Positions 18,782 through 28,993 of a stretch of 64,000 nucleotides of DNA are shown here, piece by piece. This DNA is from an uncultured delta proteobacterium. GTDB taxonomy: Bacteria > Myxococcota_A > Polyangia > Haliangiales > Haliangiaceae. Position 1 is the stretch's first letter; every line of letters starts with the position of its first letter. The stretch is taken from NCBI GenBank assembly GCA_963848295.1, contig CAWKDB010000010.1, forward strand, positions 2,144,001 to 2,208,000, given 5' to 3'. The translations under genes and the position numbers were made by a program. Below the pieces are notes generated by a model. The model did no database searches, was not told the origin of the DNA, and was given only the letters and a program-made list of their open reading frames with translations.

Positions 18782-21022
18782 GTGAGAGGGAGGCTCGCCG
18801 TGCTGGCGATCTCGGCCGGTTTCGGTTCCTCGGCGCGCGCCGAACCACCGAGCACGCCCGCTGCACCGATCGCCGCGAGGGTCGTCCGCGGCGTCGTCAC
18901 CGGCGTGAAATCGACGACGCCGATCGCGAACGTCACGGTGTTCAACGACGCGGGCGCGGTCGCGGTCACCGACATCGACGGTTATTTCACGATCGAGGTC
19001 GCGCCGACCGCGCGACAGCTGACCTACGTCAGCCCGGGCTACCTCACGCTCACGGCACCGATCCGCGACGGTGTGTTCCACGTCGAGCTCGTGCCCGACC
19101 CGACCTCCGAGGTCATCGAGGTCGTCGGCCGCGCCCCCGATGGCGCGAAGGCGTTGAGCTACAGCCTGACCGCGGACGAGGTCAAGAACATCCCGGGTGC
19201 CGGCGACGATGTCTTGCGCGCCGCCCAAGCGCTCCCCGGTGTTGCTCGCATCCCGTTCTCGTTCGGCGGGCTGGTCCTGCGCGGTTCGTCGCCGCGCGAC
19301 ACGAGTGTGTTTCTCGACGGGATCGAAGTGCCGTTCGCGTTTCACTTCGGCGGCATCGCTTCGTTCTATCCGTCGCAGATGCTCTCTGACTTGTCGATCC
19401 AGAACGGCAACTTCGACGCATCGTACGGCCGGACCGAAGGCGGGCTCGTCACGCTCACGACTCGCGATCCGCGAATCGACAAGTGGCGTGCCGGCGGTCA
19501 GATCGGCCTGCTCGACTCCGGCGCATGGGCCGAGGGGCCGCTGCCCGACGGAGGCGGCGTGATCGTCGGGGTTCGCCGGTCGTACCTCGACGCGGTCGCC
19601 GCGCCGTTCGTCGACGCCGACACCCCGCTGCCGAGTTACTGGGACGCGCAACTGCGCACCGCGTGGGGCAATCCGAAAGACAGCGGACGGATCACACCCG
19701 AAGCCTTCTTGTCGATCGACTCGATCGCGAGCCCGAAGCTGCAAGCGACCGCCGCGTTCGTGCGCCTCGCAGCGCCGTACACCAAGCAGTGGGGTGATCT
19801 GACGCTGCGGCTCGTGCCCTGGGTCGGTTGGACGGACGTGTCGTTCACGAACACCGACGACGATGGCAAGGTCACGACGTTCGCGCGCCCGTCCTGGCCT
19901 GGCGGCTTGCGCGCCGACGTGACGCAAGAGGCGTCGTGGGGCCAGCTCGCGGGCGGCCTCGAGTACGACGCCGGTCACCTCGAAGCGACCCAGTACGGCG
20001 TCGGCACCGGCAATCGCGTGATGAACGACGTGCCGGACGGCTCGTCGACGGTGAACTGGTCGGACATCGCGCTGTGGACGGCGGCGCGCTTCGATCTCGG
20101 CAAGCGACTCCAGATCCGGCCGGGTATCCGCGTCGAGTCGTACCTGACGACCGGCGAGCTCGTGGCCGATCCGCGACTCAACACGCATATCCAGCTGACC
20201 GATTGGCTCGGGTTTCGCCAGGGCCTCGGGCGTTATCACCAACCGCCTTCACCCGCGGACACCGACAAGGTCTCGGGCAACCCGCTGCTCAAGAGCTCGT
20301 ACTACGACCAAGCCTCGGTCGGGTTCGATGCCGCGATCGCGACCGGCTTGACGGCTTCGCTCACCGGCTATTACAGCTATGGTCAGAACATCCCGGTCGC
20401 CGCGAATGATCCTGCGTTCCCCGGCCACCCGGCGGTCCAACCCGATTTCGGTGGGCTCGGTCCGACGTTCCAGGAGCTGCTCGAGAAGGAGCTCGGCGCG
20501 TCGGGCTACGAGGACAACTCGGGGCGTGCGAAGAACTACGGCCTCGAGCTGTCCGTGCGCTACTCGAGCGCGTGCTGGTTCGCGATGTTGTCGTACACGC
20601 TCGCGAGCGCGCAGCGCACCGACGATCCGGCCGCCGACGCCGGCTGGCATCCGTACGAGCTCGACCAGCTCCACAACCTCAACGCGGTCGGCTCGTATCG
20701 CTACAAGCACTGGCAATTCGGCGGCCGCCTCCAGCTCGTGAGCGGCGACCCGTACAGCCCCGTGGTGGTCAACGCCGCGGGCAACGAGATCACCGAGCCG
20801 TGGGCCGGGACGCTGCCGATGTTCTTCCAGCTCGATCTCCGGATCGATCACCGCTGGTATCCGCACTACGGGACGGTCGATCTCTACTTCGACATCCAGA
20901 ACGTCACGAACCACCACAACATCGAAGGCCGCGAGTTCGACGAAGGCACCGGCCGAGAAAACGACACCTACGGCCTGCCGATCATCCCGTTCATCGGCGT
21001 CGAGCTGATCCCGAAGGGCTAA
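18782..21022 (+). CDS. TonB-dependent receptor with N-terminal carboxypeptidase-regulatory-like domain
   Basis: TDIDGYF; plug IPGAGDDVLRAAQALPGV...LDGIEVP; GNPLLKS; DLRID...DIQNVTN...PFIGVEL. Confidence 0.9.
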   Translation: MRGRLAVLAISAGFGSSARAEPPSTPAAPIAARVVRGVVTGVKSTTPIANVTVFNDAGAVAVTDIDGYFTIEVAPTARQLTYVSPGYLTLTAPIRDGVFHVELVPDPTSEVIEVVGRAPDGAKALSYSLTADEVKNIPGAGDDVLRAAQALPGVARIPFSFGGLVLRGSSPRDTSVFLDGIEVPFAFHFGGIASFYPSQMLSDLSIQNGNFDASYGRTEGGLVTLTTRDPRIDKWRAGGQIGLLDSGAWAEGPLPDGGGVIVGVRRSYLDAVAAPFVDADTPLPSYWDAQLRTAWGNPKDSGRITPEAFLSIDSIASPKLQATAAFVRLAAPYTKQWGDLTLRLVPWVGWTDVSFTNTDDDGKVTTFARPSWPGGLRADVTQEASWGQLAGGLEYDAGHLEATQYGVGTGNRVMNDVPDGSSTVNWSDIALWTAARFDLGKRLQIRPGIRVESYLTTGELVADPRLNTHIQLTDWLGFRQGLGRYHQPPSPADTDKVSGNPLLKSSYYDQASVGFDAAIATGLTASLTGYYSYGQNIPVAANDPAFPGHPAVQPDFGGLGPTFQELLEKELGASGYEDNSGRAKNYGLELSVRYSSACWFAMLSYTLASAQRTDDPAADAGWHPYELDQLHNLNAVGSYRYKHWQFGGRLQLVSGDPYSPVVVNAAGNEITEPWAGTLPMFFQLDLRIDHRWYPHYGTVDLYFDIQNVTNHHNIEGREFDEGTGRENDTYGLPIIPFIGVELIPKG

Positions 21023-21314
21023 GGCAACGTTTCGAGCGACGTGCCGCGCGCGCTGGCTGCGCTGTCACGGAGTCCTGCGCGCGGCGCGCGATCGGCGGTG
21101 CGGAACAATGGGCGGTGCATCGCGTTTTGCTACGCCGGCGCATGATGATCGACTTGGAAGTTACGCGCTTGGACCCCGTGCAGCTCCGCCTGTCGCGCGC
21201 GCTCCCGCGATCGCTGTCCTGGATTGGGACAGCGACGGTGTGTTCGAGATCCGGAGCTCGGGTTTCGAAGAAGCATGCTTGAAAAGCGCTGCGTGAATCT
21301 TGTAGAAAGATCCA

Positions 21315-21447
21315 ATGAGGTCGTGTGGCGGGTTGGTAGCGCTGGTGACGGTTGCGTGCACGTCGTCGTCCACGGCTCCGAGCAGGCAGGATTGCGAGAA
21401 GCTGCGTGACCACATGATCGACGTGCGGCTCGCGAGCGGATCGAACG
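21315..21447 (+). pseudogene. N-terminal fragment of a lipoprotein
   Basis: TTGAAA-18-TAGAAA promoter, lipobox TVAC, QDCEKLRDHMIDVRLA, then an abrupt change of sequence character. Confidence 0.5.
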
Positions 21448-21582
21448 GGCGCGTCCGGCAACGCTGTCAACACAACGGTCTTCAGCGCCGCCGCTATCGG
21501 CGTACGCGTTATCGTCAACGATCTATCGGGAACCGTTGTTACGGTTATCCGAGGTCTCACGAATGAACAGATCGTTAACTGA
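21448..21582 (+). pseudogene. Probable polymorphic-toxin C-terminal tip remnant
   Basis: Frame reads GNAVNTTVF...GVRVIVNDLSGTVVTVIRG, resembling the last strands of RHS/CdiA RNase tips; overlaps the next gene. Confidence 0.45.
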
Positions 21583-21874
21583 CTCGATGAGATTACGTCG
21601 AGCCATCCGCGATGTTCTGCTTTCGGAATGGGACCCGATTGGCATAAGACAATTTGAGGAAGCTTCTGACGAGTACGATTCCTACATCGGAGATGTGTTT
21701 TCTCTGCTCGAAGGCGGCAGATCGACGAGAGAGGTTCATGAGTACTTGTGGAATCTTGAAACTGTCCACATGGGACTGACTGGTAACTCCTTGCACACAA
21801 GGAAGATCGCGGATCGCTTGATATCACTGTTCGCGAACGACGCATCACCTGTCGGTTCGGAATCAGACGAGTAG
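21563..21874 (+). CDS. Putative immunity protein (WDPIG...DEYDSY, DUF1871-like), AT-richer
   Basis: LLSEWDPIGI...ASDEYDSYI...YLWNLETVHMG; many A/T-ending codons. Confidence 0.65.
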   Translation: MNRSLTDSMRLRRAIRDVLLSEWDPIGIRQFEEASDEYDSYIGDVFSLLEGGRSTREVHEYLWNLETVHMGLTGNSLHTRKIADRLISLFANDASPVGSESDE

Positions 21875-22271
21875 GCCCGGGTACAGTGCCGGCCATGTCG
21901 CTAAGGAGCCGTGCAGAGATAACCTGATCACCAGACTGGCCGGGAGGCGCGGTCGAGCCTATCACGCGGACCGGAACCAGCGACACGCTCGCCTTCCGCT
22001 CCTAAGCCGGCCACGACACGCCGAAACGCGTGGTTGCCATTCGCGAGCGTGCCGCGCCTGCAGCAGTTGGCAGCAGCTACCGCACGCAGCCGTGCGCCGC
22101 ACGCGTGTCGCAGGATCACTCGTCCTCGGCTTCGGCCCGACGGCGGCGGGAGCGATTTGGCGCCCGGCGTGGCCGAAGTACACGCGATGACAAGAATCGG
22201 CCGAGCCAGACGCAGCACCGCGTTGTACATTTTGACCGTAACTAGTCGCCCTGCTCGCTCGTACACTGGAC

Positions 22272-22874
22272 ATGACGCGATTCACCGCCTTACTCGTCGC
22301 CGCGACGTCGCTGTTTGCCTGCGCTGACCACGCCGCGCTCGCCGAACCCTCGAAGATCAAGGCCGACCCGAACGGCCCGCGCGAGACCGCGATCCTCGCC
22401 GGCGGCTGCTTCTGGGGCATGGAGAACGTGCTGCGCGGCGCGCCCGGGATCGCGTCGATCGAGGTCGGCTATGCCGGCGGCGCGAAGCCGAACGTGACGT
22501 ACGAACAGGTGAGCGATGGCGACACCGGCTACGCCGAGTCGGTGCGCGTCGTGTTCGATCCGAACAAGATCTCCTACGCGGATCTGCTGACGCACTGGTA
22601 CTTCCGCGGCCACGATCCGACGCAGCTCGACCACCAGAACAACGACTACGGCACGCAGTATCGGTCGGAGATCTTCACGACCACGCCGGAGCAAGCGAAG
22701 ATCGCCGAGCAGGTCAAGGCGAAGGTCCAGGCGAGCGGCAAGTGGGGCAAGCCGATCGTCACGAAGATCGAGCCGGCGACCACGTTCGTCCGCGCCGAGG
22801 ACTACCACCAGGACTACTTGATCAAGCATCCGGACGGCTACAACGACCACTACCTGCGCAACTTCGACTTCTAG
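22272..22874 (+). CDS. msrA: Peptide-methionine (S)-S-oxide reductase, exported
   Basis: AGGCFWG, TYEQV, DYGTQYRS, AEDYHQDY; N-terminal signal. Confidence 0.95.
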   Translation: MTRFTALLVAATSLFACADHAALAEPSKIKADPNGPRETAILAGGCFWGMENVLRGAPGIASIEVGYAGGAKPNVTYEQVSDGDTGYAESVRVVFDPNKISYADLLTHWYFRGHDPTQLDHQNNDYGTQYRSEIFTTTPEQAKIAEQVKAKVQASGKWGKPIVTKIEPATTFVRAEDYHQDYLIKHPDGYNDHYLRNFDF

Positions 22875-22877
22875 CCG

Positions 22878-23696
22878 TCACACGAAGAAGTCGGGCAGCA
22901 GCTTCGCCGACGGATCGACCGCGTACTCGCCGAGGTCGGTCTTGCCCTCTGCCGCGAGCACCTCGTCGTCGATGTAGAAGTTGCCGGTGTGATCTTTCGC
23001 CGACCGATTGAGGATCGCGTACGCCGCGTCGCCCATGATCTCCGGCTTGCGCGAGCCCTTCATCGCGGCATCGCCGCCCAATAGATTCTTGATCGCGGCG
23101 GTCGCGATCGTCGTACGCGGCCACAGCGCGTTGAACGCGATGCCGGCGTGCTTGAACTCGCCCGCCATCCCGAGCACACACATGCTCATCCCGTACTTCG
23201 CCATCGTGTACGCGACGTGAGGTGCGAACCACCGCGTCTCCATGTTGAGCGGCGGCGACAGCATCAGCACGTGCGGGTTGGTCGCTTTCTTGAGATGCGG
23301 GATGCAGTGCTTGCTGCACACGTACGTGCCGCGCGTGTTGATCGAGTGCATCAAGTCGTAGCGCTTCATGTCGGTCATCTCGGTCCCGGTCAGGCTGATC
23401 GCACTCGCGTTGTTGACGAGGATGTCGATGCCGCCGAACGTCTCGAGCGTCTTCGCGACCGCCGCCGCGACCTGATCTTCGAACCGGATGTCGCACATGA
23501 TCGGCAGCGCCTTGCCGCCGGCGGCTTCGAGCTCCTTCGCGGCGGTGAAGATCGTGCCGGGCAGCTTCGGATTTGGCTCGGATGTCTTCGCGACGACCGC
23601 GATGTTCGCGCCGTCTCGTGCTGCGCGCTGGGCGATCGCGAGGCCGATGCCGCGGCTCGCGCCGGTGATGAACAACGTCTTTCCGCGAAGGCTCAT
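22878..23696 (-). CDS. SDR oxidoreductase (HSDL2-like)
   Basis: TGASRGIG, NNASAI, YTMAK, NALWPRT. Confidence 0.92.
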   Translation of the reverse strand: MSLRGKTLFITGASRGIGLAIAQRAARDGANIAVVAKTSEPNPKLPGTIFTAAKELEAAGGKALPIMCDIRFEDQVAAAVAKTLETFGGIDILVNNASAISLTGTEMTDMKRYDLMHSINTRGTYVCSKHCIPHLKKATNPHVLMLSPPLNMETRWFAPHVAYTMAKYGMSMCVLGMAGEFKHAGIAFNALWPRTTIATAAIKNLLGGDAAMKGSRKPEIMGDAAYAILNRSAKDHTGNFYIDDEVLAAEGKTDLGEYAVDPSAKLLPDFFV

Positions 23697-23716
23697 GCGC
23701 GGAACGTAGACCAGCG

Positions 23717-24361
23717 CTACGGCAACGTCACCGCTTTACCGTCGCATTCGCAGATGTACGTGAACGAGAAGTTGAACGGCTGTGCCTGGTACTCGCCGCC
23801 GTTGCTGTCGAACGAATTGCCGAGGACCGCGCCGTTCGGGTTGTTCGCCGGATAGCCATAGGTCTTGTAGCTCGGTTCGCCGGTCGCCCAATCGTTGCTG
23901 TCGGTCATCGCGCCGGTGGTGATCTTCGTCCACGCGCCGCCCGCGCTGACCTGATAGTTGCCGGTCCACATGTACGCGTAGCCGAGCACTCGCGCGCCGG
24001 CGCCCATCACGGCTTCGCGTTCGGCCGGCGTGTCGAACACCACGAGGTGAGTCATCGGCTCGTTGCCCGACCGCGTCTGCTCGCACGCGGACTCGGCGCC
24101 GGTCCACGTCGCCGAGGGATACGTCGTCGGCACGTAGTACGCGCTGTTCTCGCCCGAGCCGCCGATCGTCGTGTAGTTGGCCGGGCAGGTCGCCGGATCG
24201 AACCCCGGCGCATCCTCGGAGATCTCGGGTGCGTCGGTCGGGGCGTCGCTGCCGCCGTGCGCACCGTCGAAGTCGGCATCGCGCGGTCCGACGCCGCCCT
24301 GCTCCGGCGCGGTGAACGAGCACGCCGACCCCGCGAGCATCACGACCACTGCGAACCGCAC
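23717..24361 (-). CDS. Lipoprotein with C-type lectin domain
   Basis: Lipobox GSAC; TWTGAESACE, THLVV, WATGEPS, YICECDG. Confidence 0.75.
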   Translation of the reverse strand: MRFAVVVMLAGSACSFTAPEQGGVGPRDADFDGAHGGSDAPTDAPEISEDAPGFDPATCPANYTTIGGSGENSAYYVPTTYPSATWTGAESACEQTRSGNEPMTHLVVFDTPAEREAVMGAGARVLGYAYMWTGNYQVSAGGAWTKITTGAMTDSNDWATGEPSYKTYGYPANNPNGAVLGNSFDSNGGEYQAQPFNFSFTYICECDGKAVTLP

Positions 24362-24381
24362 GCGCCGATCATACGTGGCGG

Positions 24382-24990
24382 TCACGGCGGGGTCCACGGC
24401 CGTCCGGTCTCCGCGTCGACATGGCTGAGCCGGATCCCGGTCGGCGCGACCTCGATCATTCCAAACGTGATCGGCAAGTTGAACCGGCGCGGCCCGATCG
24501 AGCCCGGGTTGAACACCGTGAGACCGCGCTCGGCTCCCATGAACGGGACGTGTGAGTGACCGCACACGACGAGCTGCGCCTTCTCGGCGCGCGCGACCTT
24601 CGCGGCATCGGCGCGCAACCGTGGACCGGCGACGCCGATGTGGACGAGCACGAGCCGCAGCGCACCGACGTCGATCGCGAGCACGTCGGGCAGATCGCGC
24701 TCGCGCGAATCGATCACACCGCGCCGCCATCCGGCGGCGCTGCTGGCCGGGCGCAGGTCCCGGCCATCGATATTGCCGCGGATCGCGTAGACCGGCGCGA
24801 TCGTCGCGAGCTCGTCGAGGACGGTCAGCTCGCCGATGTCGCCGGCGTGGAGGATCGCGGCGGGCGCGCGCGCGGCGAGCCAGCGGTTGGTATCGGGATG
24901 CGGATGCGAGTGGGTATCGGCAACCACGGCGAGGGTCGCGCGACCGCCGGGCGCCGCGATCGTCGCAGCGGCACGGGTCAGCGGGATCAC
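24382..24990 (-). CDS. Metallophosphoesterase (YfcE/MJ0936 family)
   Basis: ADTH, HAGD, RGNID, GHSH, NPGS motifs. Confidence 0.9.
   Translation of the reverse strand: MIPLTRAAATIAAPGGRATLAVVADTHSHPHPDTNRWLAARAPAAILHAGDIGELTVLDELATIAPVYAIRGNIDGRDLRPASSAAGWRRGVIDSRERDLPDVLAIDVGALRLVLVHIGVAGPRLRADAAKVARAEKAQLVVCGHSHVPFMGAERGLTVFNPGSIGPRRFNLPITFGMIEVAPTGIRLSHVDAETGRPWTPP
24709..24771. mobile_element. 57-bp double-hairpin in-frame insertion flanked by ATCGAT direct repeats
   Basis: ATCGAT at 24709 and 24766; hairpins gcgccgcc-atcc-ggcggcgc and ggccggg-cgcaggt-cccggcc between them. Confidence 0.6.
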
Positions 24991-26237
24991 GACGGTCCGG
25001 GCATGTCCGCGGGCGAGATCGTGGCCGCCACCTTCGTCACTACGCCCCAGGTCAGGATGAACCCGACCGCGCCGCCGCCGCCGGAGCCGCCGCAGGCGAA
25101 CACACGGTTGGTCGAGCTCGCACCGTTGGGTATCGCTCCCGCGCCGCCGAGCTGTCCTGCTTCAGCGCAAGCACTCGCGGGGGCTGCGCCGCCCATCGCC
25201 TGGACCCCGCTCGGTTGACCATCCTGACCGCCGTTGCCGGTCTCGGCGAAGCCGCCGCTCGCGCCGCCGCCGCCGCCGTTCGCCGCGACCGTCGCGCCGG
25301 TGAATGCGATCGCGGGCGCGTCGAACGCGAGCAAGCCACCTGCGCCGCCGCCGCCGCCGCCGGACGCCGAGCCGAGCGGACTACCGCCGCCGCCGCCGCC
25401 GCCACCGAGCACGCGTCCCGTGATCGCGATCGCCGTCTTCGCCGCGAGCTCGACCGCACCGCCGCCGGCGCCGCCGACGGAGATCGCGTTCGGATCGCCG
25501 GTGTCACCCGGACCCGCCTTGCCGCTGTTGGCCCCCGAGCAGCCGCCGCGCACGATCGCGGGTGCGCTGACCGCGACGCCGCCGAAGCCACCATCGGAGG
25601 CTTCGGGACTGTCGCCCGAGCCGCCGCCGCCTCCGGAGCCGTCGAGCGCGCCACCACCGCCACCGCCCGAGCCGCCGGTGGTCGGCACTTCGTCCTGGCC
25701 GAGCATCGCGGTCGCGCCGGGTGTCGTCGACCACGGCGTCACCGCGCACTGCGGCTGCGGGCTCGACCCGGCGCCGACTCGCGTCGCGGTCGAGCCGACA
25801 TCGATCGCGCCCGCGACCATGATCGTGTCCCACGACGCGACGATCAGCGGCTCGGCGCCGATGACCTGAAGGGTCGCGCCCGCTTCGACGTTCAACGATG
25901 CGATCGAGATCAGATACGCGGTCGAGCCGTCGCTCTGCATGATCGGCTTGTTCGCGGGCGTGGTCGAGGCGCTCGTGGGATCGGTGAGCGCGCCGGAATC
26001 GGTGCTGAATGTCCACGTGCCCGCGGTGAGATCGAGCCCGCTGCTCGGTGCGGGGATGGAGCACGCCACGAAGTTATGCGGGCTCCACATCGTGCATTCG
26101 GCCGGTGCGTCGAGCTCGATCACGTCGACGCGCTGGGCGTCGATCGCGTTCGTATCATCCCCGCTCGTCGGGCCCAGATTCCGTGTGAACGAGCAGCCGC
26201 TCGCCAGCGACGCAACCATGCACAGCTGGCACCTCAC
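24987..26237 (-). CDS. Gly-rich exported lipoprotein
   Basis: Lipobox ASGC; GGGGG repeats with [12 protein letters not shown] and ANGGGG motifs; TATGAT before GTG. Confidence 0.75.
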   Translation of the reverse strand: MRCQLCMVASLASGCSFTRNLGPTSGDDTNAIDAQRVDVIELDAPAECTMWSPHNFVACSIPAPSSGLDLTAGTWTFSTDSGALTDPTSASTTPANKPIMQSDGSTAYLISIASLNVEAGATLQVIGAEPLIVASWDTIMVAGAIDVGSTATRVGAGSSPQPQCAVTPWSTTPGATAMLGQDEVPTTGGSGGGGGGALDGSGGGGGSGDSPEASDGGFGGVAVSAPAIVRGGCSGANSGKAGPGDTGDPNAISVGGAGGGAVELAAKTAIAITGRVLGGGGGGGGSPLGSASGGGGGGAGGLLAFDAPAIAFTGATVAANGGGGGASGGFAETGNGGQDGQPSGVQAMGGAAPASACAEAGQLGGAGAIPNGASSTNRVFACGGSGGGGAVGFILTWGVVTKVAATISPADMPGPS

Positions 26238-26291
26238 GTTCCACCATCATACGCGCAACTCCGGCCGCGCCGAAACATGCGACTCTCGGCC

Positions 26292-27077
26292 ATGGCCAAG
26301 GTCTTGTTCCCGCTGCCCGACCACGACTTCGACGTCACCGAAGTCGCCGCGCCGTGGAAGGTCTTGCGCGACGCTGGCCACGAGCCGGTGTTCGCGACGG
26401 AAGCCGGAGCCGTGCCTGCCTGCGACCCATTGCTGTTGACCGGCGTCGTGTTCGGCAAGCTCGGCGCGCGCGGCGATGCGATCGCGCTGTACCGCGAGAT
26501 GGAGCAGTCACCGGAGCTCACCGCGCCGCGCAGGTGGAGCGATTGTCGCGTCGAGCAATTCGATGCGCTGTTCCTCGCGGGCGGTCACGCGCCGGGCATG
26601 CGGCAGTACCTGGGCAGCGAGCTCGTGCAGCAACTGACCGCCGCGTTCTTCGCGACCGACAAGCCGATCGCGGCGATCTGCCACGGCGTGCTCGTCGCGG
26701 CGCGATCGAAGCGCGGCGATGGCATGTCGGTGTTACATGGCAAAAAGACGACGTGCTTGCCGAAGTACATGGAGCGCTCGGCCTACCTCGCGACATTTTG
26801 GCGACGCGGTCGCTACTACCGGACGTATCCGGCGTATGTCGAAGACGAAGTTCGTGCCGCTCTGGCAACGCCGGATGACTTCGTGCGCGGTCCGCGCGAA
26901 TTGTCGAAGCGAGGTACGCGCGAAGACGATACGTACGCGTTTGTCGTCGAGGATGGCCGCTACGTCTCGGCGCGCTGGCCCGGCGATGCATTCCTGATCG
27001 CGAAGAAGTTGAACGAGCGACTCGCTTCGGCGAGCGCCGGAGCTTCGACGACTAATCGCGCTGAATATTCGGGCTAA
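26292..27077 (+). CDS. DJ-1/PfpI family (class I glutamine amidotransferase-like) protein
   Basis: DFDVTEVAAPW, LFLAGGHAPG, AAICHG, SARWPGD. Confidence 0.92.
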   Translation: MAKVLFPLPDHDFDVTEVAAPWKVLRDAGHEPVFATEAGAVPACDPLLLTGVVFGKLGARGDAIALYREMEQSPELTAPRRWSDCRVEQFDALFLAGGHAPGMRQYLGSELVQQLTAAFFATDKPIAAICHGVLVAARSKRGDGMSVLHGKKTTCLPKYMERSAYLATFWRRGRYYRTYPAYVEDEVRAALATPDDFVRGPRELSKRGTREDDTYAFVVEDGRYVSARWPGDAFLIAKKLNERLASASAGASTTNRAEYSG

Positions 27078-27109
27078 ACTTCGCGTCCGACCACCGAGTC
27101 AGTCGTCTC

Positions 27110-28993
27110 GTGCGCTTTCGCCTGTATCCATTGCTCGCCGTCGCCGCGCTCGCCGGTGACACGCGCGCCGATCTCGGCGTGCGCGACTATCGCTATTTTC
27201 GCGCGCTGTCGATCGATCTGCTCGGCCGACCCGCGACGCGGTCCGAGCTCGCCGTGTTCGAGCGCCCCGACTTCGATCTCGATGCGTGGATCGATTCCGC
27301 GATGGGCACGCCGGAGTATTCCGACCGCCTGCGCCGGATCTACATGGACGTGCTGCGGCTCGAGGTCGGTCCCAGCTTTCAGTTCGCGCCCGCGCCGCTC
27401 GTGCTGCGCCGCGAGCAAGTCCTCGATCCCGAAGGCGCGCCGCTCTACATCTACTTTCGCAAAGGTCAGCGCCGCGTCGATCCGATCACCGATGGCGACT
27501 TCTGCCTGAGCCACGACGACACCGGGCTGCAATTTCCGAACAACGGGCCGTCGATCGGCTTCCCGCATCCGGTGAGCCAGCGCGTGCTCGACGATCGCAC
27601 CGTGCTGGTCAAGCCGTGGTGGCTGTACGCCGACTATCGCGCGACGACGCCGAGCGACCGGATCGGCGTCGACTGGAAGAGGCGCTACCCCGGGTTCGTG
27701 CCGGCGCCGGCGTTGCTCGTCGAGCCCGACGGCAAGACGCCGACGACGCTCGTCCGCGTGTGCAAAGAAGAAGCACAGACCGCGGACAGCGGCACGGTCT
27801 ACGCGTCGGGTCGCGCCGCGGTGAAGAAGGGTGAACCGCTGATCGCGGGCCGACTCGACGCGCCACCCGGCGACTCGGGGTTCGCGAAGAACCAGAAGGG
27901 CCGCGCGGTGTCGTGCTTGTCCGGCACCGGCTTTCAGAATTCGGTCGAGTGCGGTTGCGGCATCGGCCTCGAGCGCTGCGAGCCGGCGAGCGGACCGCAG
28001 TTCGAGTCGCCGGCGTTCGTGATGCCGACGCACACGCCGCTCGGCACCGGTGCGCCGTTCGAGGCGACGGCGCAGCCGGCGTCGTCGTGGGAACGCAAGT
28101 GGTGGGGCGAAGAAGCGCGCGTGTTCCTCGACAAGATCTTCACCGAGGATCGCGACTTCCGCGAAGTGCTGACCAGCCGCGCGACCTCGGTCAACGGCCC
28201 GCTCGCCCAGTTTTATCGGTTCTTCGCGGGCGCGACGTGTTGCGGCCCGACCGCCGACATCGGCTACAGCCAACCCGAGCCGCTCGTCGAACCGGGCGCG
28301 ATCCCAGAGGCGCTCGTGCCCGAGGACACCGCGACGTGGCTACCGGTCGCCGATCGCGGCCCGCACGCATCGGGCATCTTGACGATGCCGATCTTCCTGA
28401 CCAAGTACGGCTCGCGGCGCGCGCGCGCCCACGTCGTCTACAACGCGTTCCTGTGCAAGGACTTCGTCGCGGACAGCGTCAAGCTCGCGCCATCGACCGA
28501 AGCCGATCTGACCAAGCGCCCGGGCTGTTCGAGCTGTCACCAGACGCTCGAGCCGATGGCGTCGTACTTCACGCGCGTGCTGGAGTCGGACTGGACGTAT
28601 CTGCCGGCGACCACGTTCCCGATGTCGCAAGCGCGCTGCGCGAAGGCCGATCGCTCGAAGTTGCCCGGGCTGTGCAAGCAGGTCTACGACCCCGCGTTCT
28701 CGGACGAGCACCACTCGACGCTGCGCGGCGCCTATGCGTCGCCGGCGCACGCCGAGGCCGGACCGGCCGGGCTCGCGCAGGAGATCGTCGGGGCACCGGA
28801 GTTCGCGCCGTGCGTCGTCGACACCGTCGCGTCGTCATTACTCGGCCGCGCGCTCGCACCGGAGGACGAGGCGTGGAAGACCGAGCTGACGACGACGTTC
28901 GTCACCGGCGGCTACCGGATGAAGGCGCTGGTCAAGGCGATCGTGACCTCGGCGCGCTATCGCAAGGGCAACGACGCGAAGAGGGCGCCGTGA
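27110..28993 (+). CDS. Exported c-type heme protein, DUF1549/DUF1588/DUF1585-like architecture
   Basis: Signal; LSIDLLGRPA, GILTMPIFL, CSSCHQTLEP, GYRMKALVKAIVTS.RY. Confidence 0.7.
   Translation: MRFRLYPLLAVAALAGDTRADLGVRDYRYFRALSIDLLGRPATRSELAVFERPDFDLDAWIDSAMGTPEYSDRLRRIYMDVLRLEVGPSFQFAPAPLVLRREQVLDPEGAPLYIYFRKGQRRVDPITDGDFCLSHDDTGLQFPNNGPSIGFPHPVSQRVLDDRTVLVKPWWLYADYRATTPSDRIGVDWKRRYPGFVPAPALLVEPDGKTPTTLVRVCKEEAQTADSGTVYASGRAAVKKGEPLIAGRLDAPPGDSGFAKNQKGRAVSCLSGTGFQNSVECGCGIGLERCEPASGPQFESPAFVMPTHTPLGTGAPFEATAQPASSWERKWWGEEARVFLDKIFTEDRDFREVLTSRATSVNGPLAQFYRFFAGATCCGPTADIGYSQPEPLVEPGAIPEALVPEDTATWLPVADRGPHASGILTMPIFLTKYGSRRARAHVVYNAFLCKDFVADSVKLAPSTEADLTKRPGCSSCHQTLEPMASYFTRVLESDWTYLPATTFPMSQARCAKADRSKLPGLCKQVYDPAFSDEHHSTLRGAYASPAHAEAGPAGLAQEIVGAPEFAPCVVDTVASSLLGRALAPEDEAWKTELTTTFVTGGYRMKALVKAIVTSARYRKGNDAKRAP

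Noticed and set aside
21108..21296. 62-aa ORF after the TonB receptor
   Set aside because: Short, no recognisable motif or RBS; cannot be supported without a homology search
21563..21960. Integron gene cassette
   Set aside because: No RYYYAAC...GTTRRRY attC structure recognisable downstream and no IntI
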